From the NCBI GenBank assembly GCA_002010215.1, contig MTMY01000001.1, positions 1 through 52,401 on the forward strand: DNA of 52,401 nt. The letters are read 5' to 3'. Of the stretch, positions 47,711 through 52,401 are shown piece after piece. Each line of letters begins with the position of its first letter. The stretch's first letter is position 1. The notes under the pieces were generated by a model, which did not search any database, was not told where the DNA came from, and saw only the letters and a program-made list of their open reading frames with translations. Made by a program: the position numbers and the translations under genes. Source of the DNA: Archaeoglobus sp. JdFR-37. GTDB lineage: Archaea > Halobacteriota > Archaeoglobi > Archaeoglobales > Archaeoglobaceae.

Positions 47711-47765
47711 GCCGATGATGAATGATGGGCGAACTGATAAGTGATGACAAGGGAGAGTCTGAGGC
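47711..47765 (+). ncRNA. Archaeal C/D box methylation-guide sRNA
   Basis: C ATGATGA 47715-21, D' CTGA 47734-37, C' GTGATGA 47741-47, D CTGA 47759-62; GCC/GGC terminal stem; TTAAATA ~25 nt upstream. Confidence 0.9.
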
Positions 47766-47858
47766 ATCTTTCTATGCTTTTCCTCAACTTTTCCTCAATT
47801 TTAACTAATTTAACCACAACCCTTATATTTTCATTCTGCGTCCTTTTGAAGGGCACCT

Positions 47859-48143
47859 GTGATAAGTATAAGATTAATTCGTGATGGTAAGGTGTTGGCT
47901 GAAAGAAAGCTTTTAGAAACTTCATTGGATTATCCTGAGATTACTAGGGCAATATTTTCTGCTGCCAGCAATGGTGGAGTGGTAAGAGCTGATGAAGCAT
48001 TCTGGTGGTTTTTTCTGAGAAATCCAGAGATGCTGAATGAATGTATACTGGAATGCATTAGCAATGGAGAAAAAATCAGATTAAGGGTTATTGGAGGATC
48101 TGGCAGAAGAACTGGCGAGAGAACCAAGAAAGTCCTGAGATGA
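47859..48143 (+). CDS. Hypothetical protein
   Basis: 94-aa ORF; 3' end overlaps the convergent gene by ~60 nt. Confidence 0.4.
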   Translation: MISIRLIRDGKVLAERKLLETSLDYPEITRAIFSAASNGGVVRADEAFWWFFLRNPEMLNECILECISNGEKIRLRVIGGSGRRTGERTKKVLR

Positions 48144-48662
48144 GGAAATTGCTATGCGGAAAACGTTTTCCATGTGGTGGATTGCATAGCTGAAATCGTG
48201 GTCGTTGAGGGCAGCGGTACAGTCCTTCAGCACTTCCACTTCATACCCTCTCAGCACAGCATCTCCTGCGGTGTGTAGGACGCAGATGTTAGTAAGGACT
48301 CCTGTTATGTACAGCTTCGTTACTCTAAGCTCCCTCAGTGTTAAATCCAAGTCAGTCCCGAAGAAGGCCGAATACCTTCTCTTTTTCACAAAGTAATCGT
48401 TCTCTTCCGCTCCAAGCTCATTGATTATTTCTGCCCCTTCACTTCCCGCTATGCAGTGTGCGGGCCATATCTTGAATTCTACATCATCCTCCCGATGCCA
48501 GTCTTGGGTGAATATAACAGAGATATTATTTTGCCTTGCTGCTTTTATAACCTCTGCCAAAGGTTCAAAAATTGATTTTACATGATCTCCCGCATAAAGA
48601 GCGCCGTCAGCATAGCAGAAGTCCTTCTGCATATCAACAACAATCAGCGCTTCCATGAACAC
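48081..48662 (-). CDS. Isochorismatase/nicotinamidase-family cysteine hydrolase
   Basis: VVDMQKDF, QDWH, WPAHC, KRRYSAF, TNICV. Confidence 0.9.
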   Translation of the reverse strand: MFMEALIVVDMQKDFCYADGALYAGDHVKSIFEPLAEVIKAARQNNISVIFTQDWHREDDVEFKIWPAHCIAGSEGAEIINELGAEENDYFVKKRRYSAFFGTDLDLTLRELRVTKLYITGVLTNICVLHTAGDAVLRGYEVEVLKDCTAALNDHDFSYAIHHMENVFRIAISSSQDFLGSLASSSARSSNNP

Positions 48663-48694
48663 ATGTTCGATTTTAAGGATTAAAATTTTGTGGA

Positions 48695-49279
48695 TTAAGA
48701 GGTCTGAGAAACTGCACTTCTTTCAGAAGGGAACTTTGATTTACACTCTTCACTACAGAAAAGATGGTCTTTAATATCCTCCTCCAGTACTACTGGATTT
48801 TTCGTTATTTTATTGCACATTTCGCATCTGTATTCAACATCAAACATCGGGTAAATGTTCCTCCTTTCGTCTTTTATCACTCCCAGCACTGGCAGAAATT
48901 CCAGCACGTCAAGCTTGATCTGAATCTCGTCTGTAAACTTCCTCAGATCTTCCAGCTCACAGAATGTTAGCTTTACTAGATATCTATCACCCATTACTCT
49001 CACTATCCAGTCCACATTGTTATTGGCTGCAAGCTCCTCCACCATATCGTCACCGCATTTAATCAGAAGAGCAAGCTGATTGACTCTTTTTCTAGGGCAT
49101 GCACCAAGTTTGACTGTAAATCTAGTAATAATCCCCATTTTAACGAGATTCTCTAGTTTTTTCTTTACAGTTGGGCGACTGAGACCACACGCTTCAGCCA
49201 GCTCAGAGATCGTTGCTCTAGAGTTTTTCCTCAGTGCTGATATGAGCCTGATATCCGCCTCATCTAGTGCTTCCATCAA
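48695..49279 (-). CDS. Second Lrp-HTH plus TRASH regulator (CopR paralogue)
   Basis: SRATISELAEACGLSRPTV; CEMC...FCSEEC. Confidence 0.8.
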   Translation of the reverse strand: MMEALDEADIRLISALRKNSRATISELAEACGLSRPTVKKKLENLVKMGIITRFTVKLGACPRKRVNQLALLIKCGDDMVEELAANNNVDWIVRVMGDRYLVKLTFCELEDLRKFTDEIQIKLDVLEFLPVLGVIKDERRNIYPMFDVEYRCEMCNKITKNPVVLEEDIKDHLFCSEECKSKFPSERSAVSQTS

Positions 49280-49401
49280 TTATAACAATAATTTTCCAGT
49301 TATTAATCTTTTCTACTATTTACTATAAAAATAAACTTACAAAATCATTTAGATGAAAGATGTTCTGGATAGATTTTGTTAAGCCACTTTGTTACACTCT
49401 G

Positions 49402-49740
49402 TTAAACCTTTATTTCGGCCCATTTTTCGGGAGTTTCGTACACCCTCAGCCTCACAACATTCAGTCCTTTTCCCTTCAGCTCTTCAAAAATTTTCAGACA
49501 CATGTTCTCACAAGTGGGGTTCTCCATGTACCTGTTCAGAAGGTTGTGATCATATTTGCCAATAATGTCTTTCACGGCAGCTTCTAGATCACTGAAATCC
49601 ATTATCATCCCTTCCTTCAGCTCTCCCGTCACCTCTACCTCAACGCGGTACGTGTGGCCATGAACATTTCCGCACTTTTCGTGACCGGGAATGTAGTGGG
49701 CGGCGTCGAAAGCGATGGAAACACAAATCGTCAGCATCAC
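49402..49740 (-). CDS. queD: 6-carboxytetrahydropterin synthase
   Basis: FDAAH, CGNVHGHTY, YDH, PTCEN, ET. Confidence 0.93.
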   Translation of the reverse strand: MMLTICVSIAFDAAHYIPGHEKCGNVHGHTYRVEVEVTGELKEGMIMDFSDLEAAVKDIIGKYDHNLLNRYMENPTCENMCLKIFEELKGKGLNVVRLRVYETPEKWAEIKV

Positions 49741-50408
49741 ATCACCCCTAGATATTTATGAACTTGAGGAACTACCCTCACATCATGCTCGATTCTCTTC
49801 TGCAGCTCCATCAGTTCCTTTAAATTTTTCGCTCCGAAAACTGGTTGGAGCACAATGGAGCAAACGTAATCTCCAATCTGCTCAGAGATCCAGAGAACTT
49901 CATCAAAAGAGAACTTCTCTGGAACAACTATTTTTGCGAAAGTCATCCTTTTTCGTGTGTTTTTGAGGACTTTAAAAGTCTCAATCGTTTTTTCCTTGAT
50001 TTCCCCCCAGTTATTTATTGCTGCACTAAGCTTGAAGTCACCAGCAACATAATGAACACACCTCTTTACTTTCCTTGCCGCATCCGGCAGTGTCATGTTG
50101 GATTCCAAGTAAAGCGGCACCGGACTTTTCAGCTGCCTTATAAAATCGGCATACAAAAGGGGTTCACCCCCTGTGAGGCTTACAGAGTGAACTGTACTTC
50201 TCTCGATTAGCCTCTGGACATATTCCTTGGAAATGGGATTTTTCAATATTCTGTTATTGATTTGATCAAAGCATTCCAGAGAAGTCTTTGTATCGCAATA
50301 GCTGCAGCTAAGATTGCAGCGGCGGAACCTTATAAAGAGCTGCCTGACTCCCACTAGAATTCCTTCTCCCTGTATTGACTCAAATATCTCGCTTATCTCC
50401 GCCTCCAA
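49737..50408 (-). CDS. queE: 7-carboxy-7-deazaguanine synthase (radical SAM)
   Basis: EIFESIQGEG, CNLSCSYCDT, TGGEP, PQVHK. Confidence 0.93.
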   Translation of the reverse strand: MEAEISEIFESIQGEGILVGVRQLFIRFRRCNLSCSYCDTKTSLECFDQINNRILKNPISKEYVQRLIERSTVHSVSLTGGEPLLYADFIRQLKSPVPLYLESNMTLPDAARKVKRCVHYVAGDFKLSAAINNWGEIKEKTIETFKVLKNTRKRMTFAKIVVPEKFSFDEVLWISEQIGDYVCSIVLQPVFGAKNLKELMELQKRIEHDVRVVPQVHKYLGVM

Positions 50409-51049
50409 GGGTCTTCAACTCCAGCTTTCTCGAAAGCCCTTCTCCTCCTTATGCATGATTCGCATTTCCAGCACGGCTCCTCTCCACCACCATAACAGCT
50501 CCAAGTGTACTGGAATGGGACTCCAAGACTGCTTCCGAGTTTGATGATCTCTACTTTATCCTTCTCCACCAGTGGAGCATACAGCTTTACATTACCCATG
50601 GTTGAGAGCTGCAGAGCTGCGTTCATCCTCTCAACGAACTCCTTGCTGTTGTCGGGGAATGTCTCAGCTTCTTCTGCATTGAATCCCACAACAACATCTG
50701 CACCTAATGCCTCTGCAAAGCTTGCTGCAATTGCAATTAAGACCATGTTCCTGTTCGGTACCCATACTGCTTTTGCAGTCTCCTCTCCAAGCTCCTCCTC
50801 TTTCACTTCGGGAAATGAGCCTGAGGAGAGGCCGCCCATGTTTTCAAGCCAATCAAGATGTATAACCTTATGCTCTATCCCGTAATGTTGGCAGAATTTT
50901 GACGCCAGTTCAACCTCCCTCTCCCCAGAAGGCTGACCGTAAACGAAAGTTAAGGCAAGGACAACTTCCCCCTCTTCATGAACCTTGGCGGTTGCCACGG
51001 ATGAATCCAGGCCGCCACTCAGCACTGCAACGTATTTCACAGACTTCAT
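50393..51049 (-). CDS. queC: 7-cyano-7-deazaguanine synthase
   Basis: SGGLDS, VPNRN, TWSCY...CWKCESC. Confidence 0.95.
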   Translation of the reverse strand: MKSVKYVAVLSGGLDSSVATAKVHEEGEVVLALTFVYGQPSGEREVELASKFCQHYGIEHKVIHLDWLENMGGLSSGSFPEVKEEELGEETAKAVWVPNRNMVLIAIAASFAEALGADVVVGFNAEEAETFPDNSKEFVERMNAALQLSTMGNVKLYAPLVEKDKVEIIKLGSSLGVPFQYTWSCYGGGEEPCWKCESCIRRRRAFEKAGVEDPWRRR

Positions 51050-51144
51050 GATTCTCCCTCCGTCTTTATACTCTTATCTGACTGAACACCCAGTCCTCCA
51101 CTACCCTCCACAACCAATTTAAAAAGAATTCTGTAGCAACTGAC

Positions 51145-52212
51145 GTGCTCTACATAGTGTTTCTAACAGCAAGGTGCAATCTGAAATGCACCTACTGTGG
51201 AGGGAGCATTGAAGAGTCTATAATGCCTCCTGAAATCACCTACAGGCTGGATGAACTTGTAGAGTTTATTTCGCAAGATTCGTCGCCTTCAATAGCATTC
51301 TACGGTGGTGAACCACTTCTGAGAGCAGATTTGATGATGAAGATTATGGATAGTGTTGAAGCTGAGCACTTCATACTTCAGACTAACGGGCTTCTGCTTC
51401 ACAAGGTAGATGTGAACTATCTGAGGAAGTTCTCTACAATCCTAGTCTCAATTGATGGCAGACAGGAGGTTACTGATCATTACAGAGGCGGCGTGTATGA
51501 TAGAGTTATCAGGAACGTAAGGTGGGTGAGAAAGGTTGGTTATGAAGGAGAGCTCATAGCCAGAATGGTTGCCACCGAGAAGACTGATATATATTCAGAT
51601 GTTCTCCACTTGCTATCCATTCCCCAGTTCAGTCATGTCCACTGGCAGATAGATGCAGTGTGGAGTCCTGACAGTTTGTGGAGAGATTTCACCGCATGGG
51701 TTAAGAAGTACAATTCCGGGATTTCCAGACTTGCCTCATATTTTATCTCCAGATTAAAGGAAGGAGAAGTTCTTGGGATTGTGCCGTTTCTGGGGGTTCT
51801 CAAAGCTATACTCTTTCAGGAGAACATGAAACCACCATGTGGGAGCGGGATCGATTCATTTGCCATAACCACGGATGGAAGAATTGTTGCATGCCCGGTT
51901 TGTGCAGATATGCCCTGGAACCAGTGTGGTGATATAGCTACCCATTACCGGAAACTGATGAAAGTATATATGGTTGAGCCTTGCTTGAGCTGTGAATACA
52001 GCTTTGCGTGTGGTGGGAGGTGTCTGTTTTTCAACCGCGAGAGATTGTGGGGCGATGAAGGTTTCCGGCTTGTATGCAGCACCGCTAGGCATCTGATTGA
52101 GGAAATGATGGAACTCACCCCAGAGATTCTGAAACTTTCTGAGCAAGGAATGGTTGAACTCAATGAATTCTATTATCCTAAGTTTAACAATACCACTGAG
52201 ATTATACCTTAA
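51145..52212 (+). CDS. Radical SAM/SPASM protein (resembles the AF0577 family of putative peptide-modifying enzymes)
   Basis: CNLKCTYC, YGGEP, QTNG, SIDG; SPASM CGSG...ACP...CLSC...CGGRC. Confidence 0.8.
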   Translation: MLYIVFLTARCNLKCTYCGGSIEESIMPPEITYRLDELVEFISQDSSPSIAFYGGEPLLRADLMMKIMDSVEAEHFILQTNGLLLHKVDVNYLRKFSTILVSIDGRQEVTDHYRGGVYDRVIRNVRWVRKVGYEGELIARMVATEKTDIYSDVLHLLSIPQFSHVHWQIDAVWSPDSLWRDFTAWVKKYNSGISRLASYFISRLKEGEVLGIVPFLGVLKAILFQENMKPPCGSGIDSFAITTDGRIVACPVCADMPWNQCGDIATHYRKLMKVYMVEPCLSCEYSFACGGRCLFFNRERLWGDEGFRLVCSTARHLIEEMMELTPEILKLSEQGMVELNEFYYPKFNNTTEIIP

Positions 52213-52401
52213 TGATACTTTTACTTGTCCTGTAGGAATTCCATTCTGTAATTCAGACCTAATACACCAACTTACGGCGTATTATAAGTATGTGTGATTG
52301 TCGCTCATCTTTTTATTCGAGAAAATTATTATACAAGTCCTTAATTTTCACCTCCTTGTTTTGAGGAACAGAGTGTTCCCAGTTTTATCTCACAGTTGTG
52401 C

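Noticed and set aside
49402..51049. queCDE as a 7-deazaguanine DNA-modification (dpd) system of the provirus
   Set aside because: Lies outside the att sites and no dpdA/TGT-like gene is nearby; best explained as host preQ0/archaeosine synthesis

Overview
Archaeal chromosomal window, most likely Archaeoglobales. This is inferred from CofC, Hef, Pth2, CopR/CopA, an MtrH-like methyltransferase, a C/D box sRNA and a tRNA gene without encoded CCA. Positions 1-29.9 kb are host genes: a corrinoid methyl-transfer operon, an SsuA/NrtA-type ABC transporter, a B12 acyl-CoA mutase cluster with isobutyryl-CoA-mutase signature residues, purM, a copper locus, an ABC exporter, Hef, TatD, a subtilisin and a matrixin pseudogene. 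Positions 29985-46208 are an apparently complete ~16.2 kb provirus integrated in the 3' end of tRNA-Gln(TTG) and bounded by an 18-bp direct repeat. It encodes a tyrosine integrase, a pleolipovirus/thalassapleovirus-type morphogenetic block (small membrane proteins, VP4-like spike, NTPase), a toxin-antitoxin pair, an AT-rich cargo operon, a divergent wHTH/RHH switch and an HUH rolling-circle Rep. After the tRNA come an NCS2 permease, a C/D sRNA, queDEC and a radical SAM/SPASM gene. Most unusual signals: degenerate copies of the repressor 3' end at cargo-gene junctions (cassette-like gene accretion), a GINS-B-like domain on the Rep, a 25-26 bp periodic palindrome array, and an unannotated 21-aa Cys/His peptide behind a CopR-type box. 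All family assignments come from motif recognition by eye; no database searches were run.
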